A stretch of DNA of 64,000 bases from Chrysomallon squamiferum (lineage: Eukaryota; Animalia; Mollusca): positions 5,766,001 to 5,830,000 of the forward strand of contig CM022671.1 of the NCBI GenBank assembly GCA_012295275.1, given 5' to 3'. Within the stretch, counting starts at the first letter, position 1; each line of letters starts with the position of its first letter. Below the pieces are notes generated by a model that was given only the letters and a program-made list of their open reading frames with translations, had not been told where the DNA came from and ran no database searches. Positions 1 through 13,680 of this stretch are shown piece by piece. Made by a program: the position numbers and the translations under genes.

Positions 1-31
1 CTATCACTATTATTTTTGTTGTTGCTGTTGC

Positions 32-64
<33 letters not shown>

Positions 65-648
65 GTGTATAAAATCTGATTAAAAAAAAAAAAGTATTAT
101 TATAATCAATAATTAACAGTTTTAATATTAAAATATTCTCAAAATGGATTTCTGTGTTCTGTGACTCAACATCTTGTTTCGAACTTCTCTACATCCTCTG
201 CTAGGTCTGTGTTCACTGTACAAAAAAAACTTGGATGTCTGCCATTTCTAGAGTTAAACACTCTTATCAGGATCTGCCACATATGCACATATCCACAGAC
301 ACATATGTACATAACATACATAACACACATACCATACATGACACACATATACTAATTTATATCCAGAGCATTTGTGCATTTATACATTTACACTAACTGG
401 AAAACACTAATGCATACATTAACATGCTCAAAAGCTGGAGGTGATTTACTTATTTTGTGTTTGGTGAATGGCAGTATGAACTATATTTTAAACATGTTCT
501 GTAAATCAGATACACTTATACTGAAGCTAGGATATGGAATTTAAATATATATTTATATATGTTCTCTCCTTATATTTTTCATACCTAGAAAAAAGTAAAA
601 TTATTTTTATGTAAAATGTCATTTAGATCAAGTATCTACAACCATCAT

Positions 649-691
<43 letters not shown>

Positions 692-1391
692 TGTATTTAT
701 TTTACTTATTGTTGTTACTGATAAGAAAATTGATAAATGGATAGTGAAAAAAATTATTTGGGATATATGCATAATGGAAAAATGAATGGATTTGTTAAAA
801 TGATAAATAAAGAAAACACATTTTAGTAGTTGTAGTAGTTAAGTAATAGCAGCTATAGAAGCATTTATTTAAAAAATAAATAAATAAATAAATAATATTA
901 AGGATTTTAATCTTGTAAATAGCAGTTAAGAAAATCTAAATAATTAAATAGATGGGTTGAAATGATTGTATCTATCTCCGGATTATAGTTTTAGTTATTT
1001 TAATTTCTTTTTATTTCATTAAAACAGAGATGTATATTTAATGAAACTACACGGATTTATGGATATGAGTGCAGGCACAGTGGATCAAGAGAATCTGTCT
1101 TTTTTAAGAGTAACTGATACTTTGTAATAACAAGATGATGGCAATCCCCAATTGAATTAGTGTATGATTCAAGACCAGATTTCACTGCAGAACAAATACA
1201 AGGCAAACTATGTTTTTCACTACCTAAAATAAAAATTTGCATTCTGTGTTGTTTTTGTCATTTAGTATAGATCATCCAGTAATAAGTAACCAAGCACTTG
1301 TTTGTGATTATGGGGCTGTTTCATGCAGTTAACAACCATGTGCAGGCACCCATTTTTAAAATAATTCCACAAGAGGGCGTTAAGTGCATTT

Positions 1392-2790
1392 GGGGTACAG
1401 TGAATCAGGGTACACTGGCTCATTTTGACAAGTGATTCACTGTGCCCTGGAAAATTTTCAAAACTTTATTTTTATTTTCCTCAACATAATTATTTTGTAT
1501 CCTTAAGATACCCTCTTAATTAACAGTTTCTATTTTTGCCATTTCAGGCAACACAAGTAATGGTACGCAATAGGAAAAAAAAGGAGAGAGAGAAATAGGA
1601 AATACTGATTGTGGGCAAATGAAAGAAGAAGCTGTTCTCACTGTGAATGATGAGGGAAAAAGTATTCGAAATGTTTGTGCAACACATGATATCAAGTTTT
1701 CAACTCTCCGTAGATATGAGAAAAAGGCATGCACTTCTGAAAACAAAGACTTAATAGCATATTCACCTAAATACAACTGCCTCCAGGTTTTCAGTCAGGA
1801 TAAAGAGATACTTCTGCAGGATTACCTTATTGAAGCATCAAAATTTCAGTACAGGCTGAACAAAAAAACAAAGGAGGAAGAAAGATGGGAACAGCTATTA
1901 TTCTGACAGACGATCAAGGAACAAATAAGAGAAGCAGAACAAAAGAGAAAAAGAAAGAAAAATAAACAAGAGAGCTGAGATATTAAAGAAGTTAGAAAAG
2001 TTACGAAGAAGCTGAAGTTCCAATATAGAGATACTGCAAATGAAGACAGCACAATCTACAGCGAAGAAGCAGATTAGAGCACATTCTTTGTTGATGATGA
2101 TGATGATGATGATGATGCATTAGACTATGATGAATTTATGGAACATCAAGTCGAGGACATAGAATTGCCAGATTCCAATGCACTCAATGCTTATGATTTT
2201 GTTTTTGGTAAGGTTTTCAACAACAAAAAAACCCACGGTTATGTACATAGGGCAGGTTTGAAATTGTACTGAAGCTACTGATGAGGCAATCTTTGAAGTG
2301 AAGTTCTTGGGACGTGAGAAACCAAAGTCATTCACATATTTATTTTTCCACACGTAGAAGACTTATGAGATGTTTTGTTTCAAGATGTTGTAGGGAAGTT
2401 GCCTGCTCCCAACCAACAAGTGGCAGATGTTGACCCACAGATGCAGTTTAGTTTAAAATGTTTTGCAAGACATGCACATACCTATGTTACCTTGGTACTT
2501 GTTCACTGTTTATAACCTTGAACACTAGGTTTAACTGTAACAGGTTTTTTAAGACCTATTTTAAATTCATTTATTATAATTTTATTTCCTTTTGTCTACA
2601 CTTAGAAAGCACAGGCAACTATTGCCATAAGTGCCTAATTTTGCTATCTTTGTTGTCAACAACATCTTTTTAAGCACAGTTATTTTGGTATTTAAGAATA
2701 AATGCAATGTTTGTGAACATTAAAATTGGAATATGAGGTCTTTTTTAACATTTGATTTACTGTGCCACGTTCAGTGATTCACTCTGCCCC
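1392..2790 (+). mobile_element. Internally deleted pogo/Tigger-like (Tc1/mariner superfamily) DNA transposon relic
   Basis: Imperfect inverted ends GGGGTACAGTGAATCA (1392) and TGATTCACTCTGCCCC (2775-2790), with subterminal copies of the motif. Frameshifted ORF from ATG 1560: MVRNRKK...MKEEAVLTVNDEGKSIRNVCATHDIKFSTLRRY (HTH-psq-like), then QVFSQDKEILLQDYLIEASKFQYRL (CENP-B HTH-like). It jumps directly to a basic/acidic C-terminal tail with no DDE domain. The true termini and TSD are uncertain. Confidence 0.75.
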
Positions 2791-2816
2791 GGTACCTGCC
2801 CACAGTGAATCAAATA

Positions 2817-2870
<54 letters not shown>

Positions 2871-3082
2871 GTTATTATTATTTTAAAATAGAAATAATTT
2901 TATAATATGAAACAGAAGATTTCCGATCGACTGTGCCCAGGTTTTCGCTACTTTCTTTACATCTAAACATACATAGGCGTAACTCAGTTTCCATGATGAG
3001 TAATCACGGAAACCAGCGAACGGTAACTCCAGTGGATAATTATTGACTTCAGCTGAGTAATCTTGAAACGGTGACTGCTTGG

Positions 3083-3178
3083 TATAAATAATGAAGACCG
3101 GTTTTGCTTCACAGATGTTAACCAGTCATACAACCGATCAAAACGAGCCAGGTTCCAGCGTGTCATCCAAAAGTATGT
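3083..3178 (+). promoter_or_regulatory. Putative distal IAP promoter (TATA) and non-coding first exon
   Basis: TATAAATA at 3083; donor AA|GTATGT at 3173; matching acceptor TTTGCAG at 3714-3720, 10 nt before the ATG. The arrangement is conserved in copy 2 (~10935-11030). Confidence 0.5.
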
Positions 3179-3582
3179 ATAAATCTCTTCCCTCGTATAT
3201 TTACAAAAAAGAATGAAAGACGGTGTTTATTGTTTATTAATTAAATGAAAAATCAGAAATACATTACTTTATACATTTTATTATAATAATTTACATTAAA
3301 TTGAGTGTTTTCCGGTCACCAGCGGACGAGTATTCATAAGTATAATGTATTATATTGCTATTACTATTACTATTACTGTATGATGTATGATTGTATCAGT
3401 GTAACGGTGTTACTTAGTTTACTGATATAGCTTATGATTAATACATTTCAAAATGTCCGTGTTAATATTATAGTTAAGACTTTATATAATAACATGTTTA
3501 ATTTTTATCTTTATAAAAAAATTGTTTACACAAATTATCTGTTTAGACTATTAATAATGCTTAACAACTCGTGTACGTACGA

Positions 3583-3669
3583 GAGCATTCGAGAATATAA
3601 CTTCAGCCAATCAAACGAGTTTTTTACTGACCTTGACACAATTTTTAAAATAGCGCGAGAGTATAAATA
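3583..3669 (+). promoter_or_regulatory. Putative proximal IAP promoter: HSE-like element, CCAAT box, TATA box
   Basis: GAGcaTTCgaGAA (3583-3595), AGCCAATCA (CCAAT 3607-3611) and TATAAATA (3662-3669). Copy 2 has GAAtaTTCggAAA, CCAAT at 11485 and TATA at 11540. Confidence 0.5.
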
Positions 3670-3730
3670 TGTTGACTATTAAGCAGTTAGAACAGCGTTA
3701 AAGATAATTATTATTTGCAGATCATCGAAA

Positions 3731-5618
3731 ATGATTTCTACTTTGAGTAAAACTGATTGGGAACGTCAGACCCAATGTTCAAAAGTTGTGGTGGATGGTG
3801 TAGGAGATTTTTTTTCTGAATCAGAAACAATGCAACGAAAAAAATCAGAAAAAGAAAGACTGGATACGTTTTGGAACTGGCCATCATCGTCATACCAAAC
3901 ACCGAAGTCCCTCGCCAAAGCGGGATTTTATTATACCGGAATATCGGATCGAGTACAATGTGCATTTTGTCACGGGGTTTTAAAGAACTGGCTACCGTCA
4001 GACGAACCCATGTCAGAGCATAAACTACATTTTCCATCTTGTCCATTCGTGAAAGGCGAATACGTAGGCAATATTCCCATGGCAGAAGACATGCAAATAG
4101 AAGAAAACAGACTGGCCTCGTTTTCGGCATGGCCACGAGATCGACGCCAAACGCCGAACGAACTTGCTCGTGCTGGTTTTTATTATCTTGGCGACAGCTT
4201 CAAACCGGACAGGGTGAAGTGTGCATACTGCCAAGTCAGACTGTACGACTGGATGCCAGGAGACGATCCATGGATCGAACACGCCAGAGCCTTTCCTAGA
4301 TGTCCGTACACGAAATTATGTCTTGGCCAGGATTTTATTGACGATATTCTGAAGTCAGGGACGGAACCACACCAAAGGTAATTACTTTTTTGATTATTTA
4401 GTAACTGATTTGTGTTAAAGATTAACAGGAGATTTTTACTTTTATTAATAACTAAATAAGAGTGGATTAAATACTTGATGATTATTTTGACTTATTTTTT
4501 TCAGTCAAACCGAGTATTATAGAACAAACAGTCTCATTGTACTGCTATTTGTTGATAAAAATAGTATAAAAATTCACTTCTGATTTATTGAAGAGAAATA
4601 AATGAAAAATATGCACATAAAAAAATAAAGATCATAACATAGGTAAGCATAATTTTCTTAATATTAAATTTGACAACAAAACAACAATAAATAGATTAAT
4701 AATAACTAACCAAACCAAATAAACATTTTAATGAACCAAGTAACATTTAAAAGCAGTGCTCCTGTGTTATGTCTGTGTGGATGTGTATACATGCACATGT
4801 GCTTATTTGTATATTTTTAAAAATGCAATACCAAAATACCAACTGTTATTATGAAGATAATGAGTGTACAGCAATATAACAGAAATAGAATAAAATACTA
4901 AACCAAAAAATTAGAGTATAAAATAACATAACTAGAAATACAAAAATATCTGAACACAGAAAGTGGCACAAAGGTAAGAGTTAAAATGTGATATTAAAAA
5001 CTAACATTTCGTTATACTTATTATTCTAGTAATCGGGCAGTTTTCACACCTCAAAGTTCACAAAATTCAGCATCTCAGAACACCCCTAATAATGTAGAAG
5101 TTGGAAACCAAACAGTGAATTATGAAAACAGGAGATCAGAGAGTGGAGTGAGAAAAGCTGCGAACAGCAGCCAGGTTCAAGCGATGTTGGAGATGGGTTA
5201 CCCTCGAGATTTAGTCCAGAATGCCGTGGAATGGAAGATCAGAGAAACGGGAACTGGATTCGCGTCTGCTGCTGATCTGGCTGCTCACCTTTTAGAAATG
5301 GAAGCTGAGACAAGCACAGTGTCACCAAGCAGTAGCCAAGTCTCTGTAACAAACCAAACAGCACCACAATTGTATAATCCAAGCCAACAGTCCACTTCTA
5401 CAAGTGAACAGCAGTCTACTCCTGCAAGTGAACAACAGTCCAGTTCTTTAAGCACGTTGCAAGAAAGATATCTCTGTAAAGTGTGTATGGAAAATCAGCT
5501 TCAAATGACATTTTTGCCCTGTGGTCATCTTGTTTGTTGTGGTCAGTGTGCGCTGTCTTTGGAAGTGTGTCCAATCTGCCGAACTGGTATAACTGGAATG
5601 GTGAAAACGTATTACTGA
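3731..5618 (+). CDS. Inhibitor of apoptosis protein (BIR-BIR-UBA-RING), copy 1, ~411 aa
   Basis: Exons 3731-4377 and 5030-5618 (AG|GTAATT donor, CTAAC branch point, TTCTAG acceptor, phase 2 matches). Two CX2CX16HX6C BIR motifs, a UBA-like LEMGYPRDLVQNAVE segment and a C-terminal C3HC4 RING (CKVC...PCGHLVCCGQC...CPICR). Confidence 0.97.
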
Positions 5619-5635
5619 TCACAACGCATCTTGAT

Positions 5636-5833
5636 ACCAACAGTCCAAGACAGGAGTCCAAACAACAGTCCAAAACAGGAGTCCAAACAAAAGTCCAAAA
5701 CAGGAGTCCAAACAACAGTCCAAAACAGGAGTCCAAACAACAGTCCAAAACAGGAGTCCAAACCAGGAATTCGAACAACACTCCAAAACAGGATTCCAAA
5801 CAAAAGTCCAAAACAGGATTATCTTCCAGCTGA
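5636..5833 (+). repeat. ~25-bp minisatellite in the IAP copy 1 3'UTR
   Basis: Unit CAACAGTCCAAAACAGGAGTCCAAA, about 7-8 copies starting ~20 nt after the stop codon. Confidence 0.9.
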
Positions 5834-6474
5834 ATAATGTCATGAAAAAAACAGTGTCATGGATATTAATACTGAACTATTGCCAAACTATATCATACAC
5901 ACATGATAGAGGTATGTGTTTGTGTGTGTGTCTACTATATTGTGTGGTAAAGTTTGGCTAAATATATATATTTAGACATACTTATAGCAGACATATCAGT
6001 CCTGAACTCAATAGGATATATATATATATATATCAAAATTCAGTTACTGTTTATGTTATTGTTAATGTTATGAAAAACAACATTAAATAAATAAGTGTCA
6101 CACAGGAACTATTGGTGGTTCTAAAGAATAAATACATCTTATATTCCAATCACTCACAGTGAATTCACAGACTGGTTATGTGCTTTGTTAGTAATTAATC
6201 AGCAGCAGTTCAGTTTGTAAAAGTCAGATAATATTTAACTTGCATGCTACATCCTAGTTTATCCACATAGCACATCAATAACGTGATTTAAAACATTGTT
6301 AATATTAGCAAGATACACATTTAAAGTTTTACACAATAAAAAAAATAAAATAAAAAAAATACATATATGACATTATAAAATACATAAATATGTGTCTGTG
6401 AGTGGTTTTTTTTTTTAACACTGAGTGTTGTTGATCACTAAGAAAACAAATTCTTTTAATTCTGACTTTCACAT

Positions 6475-6507
<33 letters not shown>

Positions 6508-7746
6508 AACGCACAAAAACTGAACTGCCAACCCTGTATAATTGTTTCCTTTTAGTTACTGAATTAATGTTGTTATTGTTTTAATAAAAATATTTAAAAT
6601 TGATTTTAAAGTTTGTTTCTGGTTGGTTTAACTCACATTTTGCACTTTTTGTTGTAGATAAAACAGACTGACAATGCATGCAATGATGTCACTGATGTGT
6701 GGTTTGGCCTGGTAAAGGTGAGGTACTGGGCAACAGACATTTTGTTACATGAGTGGTATCAATAGTTTATAAAATTTAATACAACGTAACATGGTTTGCA
6801 CAGGTTTTTGAAACTGGAAATTCAACACCTGTGTGTGTTCTTGTATCCAGTATAAGCATGAATTAACTGTAAACTTGCGTAACTGGATAAAACAAACAGC
6901 AGAATACAGCACTGCCAGTGTGCAGCATCTAACTGACGTGAAGTCATTTTGAGCTGCTGTTGTAAAGTTGTTATTAGTGTCACGTGATATGTAGTGTTAC
7001 TGTGATGTTGTGGGTATGGGAAAAAAACTGTATTTACAAAAGATTCAAAATTTATTCTGTGGGAAAAATAAAATGCATTTTAAGTTTGTTTTTAAAAAAC
7101 AACCCCAAAAACACCACAAACTAAAACTCTTTTTTTTTTTTTTTAAACACATTGTATATATTCTAATATCTAGTCACTATAGCAACAACAACAACAACAA
7201 TAATAATAATAATAAAATGCTCGTTTTTTAAAATGAAAATGATTTTTGAAAGTAAAATTGATATAAAAAGTAAGCTGACTTATGTTAAAAACAATAAACA
7301 TTTCTTGTGAACCGTGGATAATATAATTTTAAATTTTTATTTTATTTAAAAAAAAGTTGCGAGGGATATGTAATGTTGTTATCTTCTTTCCATTAGAAGT
7401 TTGTCTTTTTTAAACAGGAATATATAATAATAATAAACTTTTATATAAATTAACCGTAATTTCATAACTATATGTTTTATTCGTTAAAGTAAACAATTTA
7501 ACACAGGTTTCATTGATTTCAGACTTTAACAATTCAGTATATATATATATATACACACATTTGTTAGTGTTGATTTAATTTATTACAAACATTGATATAA
7601 TTTCACAAATATAAATGTCCGATAGCGTTGATGTCACAAATAAATATTTACCTCCATAAGTGTCTTCCTCAAAATTTGATATAATTTTCCGTTGATTTCA
7701 CAAATACATGTTTATGTTCATTAGCTTTTATTTCACGTAATATTTT

Positions 7747-7783
<37 letters not shown>

Positions 7784-8154
7784 GATAATTTTGCATACAA
7801 ATGTTGATTTGAATGAGTGATAATTTATTGTAGTAACAACAAAAACAATGAGAACAAGAATAATAGAAAAGAAAATTTTAACAATCTAATTCCTGTTTAA
7901 ATTTTTAATCTAATTGTTTTTGGCATATTATTTCTACAAGAATCCTAATCAATAAGTTTATCTCAGCTTAATTATTACTACTATAAATACACTATTACCA
8001 TTATTAATAGTACTATTACTACAATCACTATTATTTTTTTGTTGTTGTTGTTAATCAATGTTTATCTCAGCTTAATTATTACTACTAGATCCACTATTAC
8101 TATTATTATTAGCACTACTTCAACTATCACTATTATTTTTGTTGTTGCTGTTGC

Positions 8155-8187
<33 letters not shown>

Positions 8188-9504
8188 GTGTATAAAATCT
8201 GATTTAAAAAAAAAATGTATTATTATAATCAATAAATAACATTTTTAATATTAAAATATTTTCAAAATAGATTTCTGTGTTCTGTGACTCAACTTCTTGT
8301 TTCAAACTTCTCTACATCTTCTGTTAGGTCTGTGTTCACTGTACAAAAAAAAACTTGGACGTCTGCCATTTCTAGAGTTAAACACTGTTATCAGGATCTG
8401 CCACATATGCACATATCCACAGACACATATGTACATAACATACATAACACACATACCATACATGACACACATATACTAATTTATATCCAGAGAATTGGTG
8501 CATTTATACATTTACACAAACTGGAAAACACTAATGCATACATTAATATGCTCAAAAGCTGGAGATGATTTACTTATTTTGTGTTTGGTGTATGAACTAT
8601 ATTTTAAACATGTTCTGTAAATCAAATACACTTATATACTGAAGCTAGGATATGGAATTTAAATATATATTTATATATATTCTCTCCTTATATATTTCAT
8701 ATCTAGAAAAAAGTAAAATTATTTTGTGTAAAATCTCATTTAGATCAAGTATCTACAACTATCATCTATTTATTTATGTATTTATGTATTTATGTATTTA
8801 TTTATGTGTTTATTTTACTTATTGTTGTTACTGATAAGAAAATTGATAAATGGATAGTGAAAAAATTTATTTGGGATATATGCATAATGGAAAAATGAAT
8901 GGATTTGTTAAAATGATAAATAAAGAAAACACATTTTAGTAGTTGTAGTAGTTAAGTAATAGCAGCTATAGAAGCATTTATTTAAAAAATAAATAAATAA
9001 ATAAATAATATTAAGGATTTTAATCTTGTAAATAGTACTTAAGAAAATCTAAATAATTAAATAGATGGGTTGAAATGACTGTAACTATCTCCGGATTACA
9101 GTTTTCGTTATTTTAATTTCTTTTTATTTCATTAAAACAGAGATGTATATTTAATGAAACTACACGGATTTATGGATATGAGTACAGGCACAGTGGATCA
9201 AGAGAATCTGTCTTTTTTAAGAGTAACTGATGCTTTGTAATAACAAGATGATGGCAATCCCCAACTGAATTAGTGGATGATTCAAGACCAGATTTCACTG
9301 CAGAACAAATACAAGGCAAACTATATTTTTCACTATCTAAAATAAAAATTTGCATTCTCTGTTGTTTTTGTCATTTAGTATAGATCATCCAGTAATAAGT
9401 AACCAAGCACTTGTTTGTGATTATGGGGCTGTTTCATGCAGTTAACAACCATGTGCAGGCAGCCGTTTTTAAAATAATTCCACAAGAGGGCGTTAAGTGC
9501 ATTT

Positions 9505-10585
9505 GGGGTACAGTGAATCAGGGTACACTGGCTCATTTTGACAAGTGATTCACTGTGCCCTGGAAAATTTTCAAAACTTTATTTTTCACTACTAAACTAA
9601 TTTTATTTTCCTCAACACAATTATTTTGTTATCTTAAGATACCCTCTTGATTAACAGTTTTTATTTTTGCTATTTCAGGCAACACAGGTAATGGTACGCA
9701 ATAGGAAAAAAAAGGAGAGAGAGAAATAGGAAATACTGATAGTGGGCAAATGAAAGAAGAAGCTGTTCTCACTGTGAATGATGAAGGAAAAAGTATTCAA
9801 AATGTTTGTGCAACACATGATATCAAGTTTTCAACTCTCCGTAGATATGAGAAAAAAGCATGCACTTCTGAAAACAAAGATGTAATAGCATATTCACCTA
9901 AAACACAACTGCCTCCAGGTTTTCAGTCAGGATAAAGAGATACTTCTGCAGGATTACCTTATTATAGCATTGAAATTTCAGTACAGGCTGACACATAAAA
10001 ACAAAGGAGGAAGAAAGAAGGGTGCAGCTATTATTCTGACAGACGATCAAGAAACAAATAAGAGAAGCAGAACAAAAGAGAAAAAGAAAGAAAGATAAAC
10101 AAGAGAGCTGAGATATTAAAGAAGTTAGAAAAGTTACGAAGAAGTTGAAGTTCCAGCATAGAAATACTGCAAATGAAGACAGCACAAGTTACAGTGAAGA
10201 AGCAGATTAAAAATTCTATGTTGATGATGATTATGATGCATCAGACTATGATGAATTTATGGAGCATCAAGTAGAGGACATAGAATTGCTAGATTCCAAT
10301 GCACTCAGTGCTTATGATTTTGTTTTGGTAAGGTTTTCAACAACAAAAAACCCCACGGTTATGTACATAGGGCAGGTTTGAAATCATACTGAAGCTACTG
10401 ATGAGGCAATCTTTGAAGTGAAGTTCTTGGGACGTGAGAAACCAAAGTCATTCACACATTTATTTTTCCACATGTAGAAGACGTATGAGATGTTTTGTTT
10501 GAAGATGTTGTAGGGAAGTTGCCTGCTCCCAACCAACAAGTGGCAGATGTTGACCCACAGATGCAGTTTAGTTTAAAATGTTTTA
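9505..10585 (+). mobile_element. Second copy of the pogo-like relic, lacking the right end
   Basis: Same sequence as 1392-2465. About 330 bp including the right inverted end is deleted at ~10584. Confidence 0.72.
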
Positions 10586-11608
10586 CCTGCCCACAGTGAA
10601 TCAAATCGTTTTTTTTTTTTTTGTAAATTTCCATTCAGCAAAAAATGATGGCAATTGGCAGGTTATAAGTAAACAAGTTTTATACAGGGGAAGTTCTTCT
10701 ATCATTTCCACCGTCAACATTAAGTCTGCCGACTTTGAAATAGAAATAATACGAAACAGAAGATTTCCGATCGACTGTGCCCAGGTCTTCCCTACTTTCT
10801 TTACATCTAAACATACATTGGCGTAACTCACAAAGTTTCCATGATGAGTAATCACTGAAATGAAGGGAGCGAACGATAACCCCATTGGATAATTTAACGA
10901 ATATATAGGCGTGGTAATCTGAGACGGATGACTGTATAAATAATGAAGACCGGTTTTGCTTCACAGATGTTAACGAGTTTCACAACCGATCAAAGCGAAG
11001 CAGGTTCCAGCGTGTCATCCAAAAGTATGTATAAATCTCTTCCCTCGTATATTTACAAAAAAGAATGAAAGACGGTGTTTATTGTTTATTAATTAAATGA
11101 AAAATCAGAAATACATTACTTTATATATTTTATTATAATAATTTACATTAAATGGAGTGTTTTCCGGTCACCAGCGGACGAGTATTCATAAGTATAATGT
11201 ATTATATTGCTATTACTATTACTATTACAGTTACTGTATAATGTATCAGTGATACTTAGTTTACTGATATAGCTTATGATTAATACATTTCAAAATGTCC
11301 GTGTTAATATTATAGTTAAGACTTTGTATAATAACATGTTTAATTTTTATCTTTATACAAATTTTTTTACAAAATTTATCTGTTTAGAATATTAATAATG
11401 CTTAATTTTTTTTTTTTACTTTGAACAACAACTTGTTTAGCGTTCGTGTACGTACGAGAGCATGCGCGAATATTCGGAAAATAGCCAATCAAACGAGTTG
11501 GTTACTGACCTTGACACAATTTTTAAAATAGCACGAGAGTATAAATATGTTGACTATTAAGCATTTACAACAGCGTTAAAGATAATTATTATTTGCAGAT
11601 AATCGAAA

Positions 11609-13491
11609 ATGATTTCTACTTTGAGAAAAGCTGATTGGGAACCTCAGACCCAATGTTCAAAAGTTGTGGTGGATGGTGTAGGAGATTTTTTTTCTGAATC
11701 AGAAACAATGCAACGAAAAAAATCAGAAAAAGAAAGACTGGATACATTCTGGAACTGGCCATCATCGTCATACCAAACACCGAAGTCCCTCGCCAAAGCG
11801 GGATTTTATTATACCGGAATATCGGATCGAGTACAATGTGCATTTTGTCACGGGGTTTTAAAGAACTGGCTACCGTCAGACGAACCCATGTCAGAGCATA
11901 AACTACATTTTCCATCTTGTCCATTCGTGAAAGGCGAATACGTAGGCAATATTCCCATGGCAGAAGACATGCAAATAGAAGAAAACAGACTGGCCTCGTT
12001 TTCGGCATGGCCACGAGATCGACGCCAAACGCCGAACGAACTTGCTCGTGCTGGTTTTTATTATCTTGGCGACAGCTTCAAACCGGACCGGGTGAAGTGT
12101 GCATACTGCCAAGTCAGACTGTACGACTGGATGCCAGGAGACGATCCATGGATCGAACACGCCAGAGCCTTTCCTAGATGTCCGTACACGAAATTATGTC
12201 TTGGCCAGGATTTTATTGACGATATTCTGAAGTCAGGGACGGAACCACACCAAAGGTAATTACTTTTTTGATTATTTAGTAACTGATTTGTGTTAAAGAT
12301 TAACAGGAGATTTTTACTTTTATTAATAACTAAATAAGAGTGGATTAAATACTTGATGATTATTTTGACTTTTTTTTTTCCAGTCAAACCGAGTATTATA
12401 GAACAAACAGTCTCATTGTATAAAAAATAGTATAAAAATAGTATAAAAATTCACTTCTGATTTATTGAAGAGAAATAAATGAAAAATATGCACATAAAAA
12501 AATAAAGATCAAAACATGGGCAAGCATAATTTTCTTAATATTAAATATGACAACAAAACAACAATAAATAGATTAATAATAACTAACAAAAACCAAATAA
12601 ACATTTTAATGAACCAAGTAACATTTAAAAGCAGTGCTCCTGTGTTATGTCTGTGTGGATGTGTATACGTGCATATTTGTATATTTAAAAAAATGCAATA
12701 CCAAAATACCAACTGTTATTATGAAGATCATGTGTATGATGATGAGTGTACAGCAATATAACAGAAATAGAATAAACTACCTAACCCAAAAATTAAGAGT
12801 GTAAAATAACATAACTAGAAATACAAAAATATCTGAACACACAAAGGTAAGAGTTAAAATGTGATATTAAAAACTAACATTTCGTTATACTTATTATTCT
12901 AGTAATCGGGCAGTTTTCACACCTCAAAGTTCACAAAATTCAGCATCTCAGAACACCCCTAATAATGTAGAAGTTGGAAACCAAACAGTGAATTATGAAA
13001 ACAGGAGATCAGAGAGTGGAGTGAGAAAAGCTGCGAACAGCAGCCAGGTTCAAGCGATGTTGGAGATGGGTTACCCTCGAGATTTAGTCCAGAATGCTGT
13101 GGAATGGAAGATCAGAGAAACAGGAACTGGATTCGCGTCTGCTGCTGATCTGGCTGCTCACCTTTTAGAAATGGAAGTTGAGACAAGCACAGTGTCACCG
13201 AGCAGTAACCAAGTCTCTGTAACAAACCAAACAGCACCACAATTGTATAATCCAAGCCAACAGTCCACTTCTACAAGTGAACAGCAGTCTACTCCTGCAC
13301 GTGAACAACAGTCTAGTTCTTTAAGCACGTTGCAAGAAAGATATCTCTGTAAAGTGTGTATGGAAAATCAGCTTCAAATGACATTTTTGCCCTGTGGTCA
13401 TCTTGTTTGTTGTGGTCAGTGTGCGCTGGCTATGGAAGTGTGTCCAATCTGCCGAACTGGTATTACTGGAATGGTGAAAACGTATTACTGA
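11609..13491 (+). CDS. Inhibitor of apoptosis protein (BIR-BIR-UBA-RING), copy 2, ~411 aa
   Basis: Exons 11609-12255 and 12903-13491. Same structure as copy 1 with ~8 amino-acid differences, none in the BIR domains. Confidence 0.97.
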
Positions 13492-13509
13492 TCACAACGC
13501 ATCTTGAGA

Positions 13510-13680
13510 CCAACAGTCCAAGACAGGAACCCAAACAACAGTCCAAGACAGGAGTCCAAACAACAGTCCAAGACAGGAATCCAAAAACACTCAAAAACAG
13601 GAGTCCAAACAAAAGTCCAAAACAGGATTATCTTCCAGCAGGATTCCAAACAAAAGTCAAAACAGGAAAAATCTTCCAGT
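13510..13680 (+). repeat. ~25-bp minisatellite in the IAP copy 2 3'UTR
   Basis: Same unit as 5636-5833 with a different copy number and variant order. Confidence 0.88.

Larger units (their letters stand above)
1..7827. repeat. Tandem segmental duplication, copy 1 (5' end lies before the window)
   Basis: Position 1 aligns to ~8124. Collinear similarity runs through the transposon, the IAP gene and its 3' flank. 7430-7827 matches ~17755-18154. Relative to copy 2 it lacks blocks of ~0.5 kb (14960-15475) and ~2 kb (15770-17755). Confidence 0.93.

Noticed and set aside
3738-4299. Antisense and alternative-frame ORFs over the BIR exon (also 11616-12177)
   Set aside because: Shadows of the real CDS; identical in both copies only because of the duplication.
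5416-5843. Several overlapping repeat-rich ORFs (QESKQQSKTG / WTPVLDCC) after the IAP stop
   Set aside because: Translations of the 25-bp 3'UTR minisatellite; not conserved in length or frame between the two copies.
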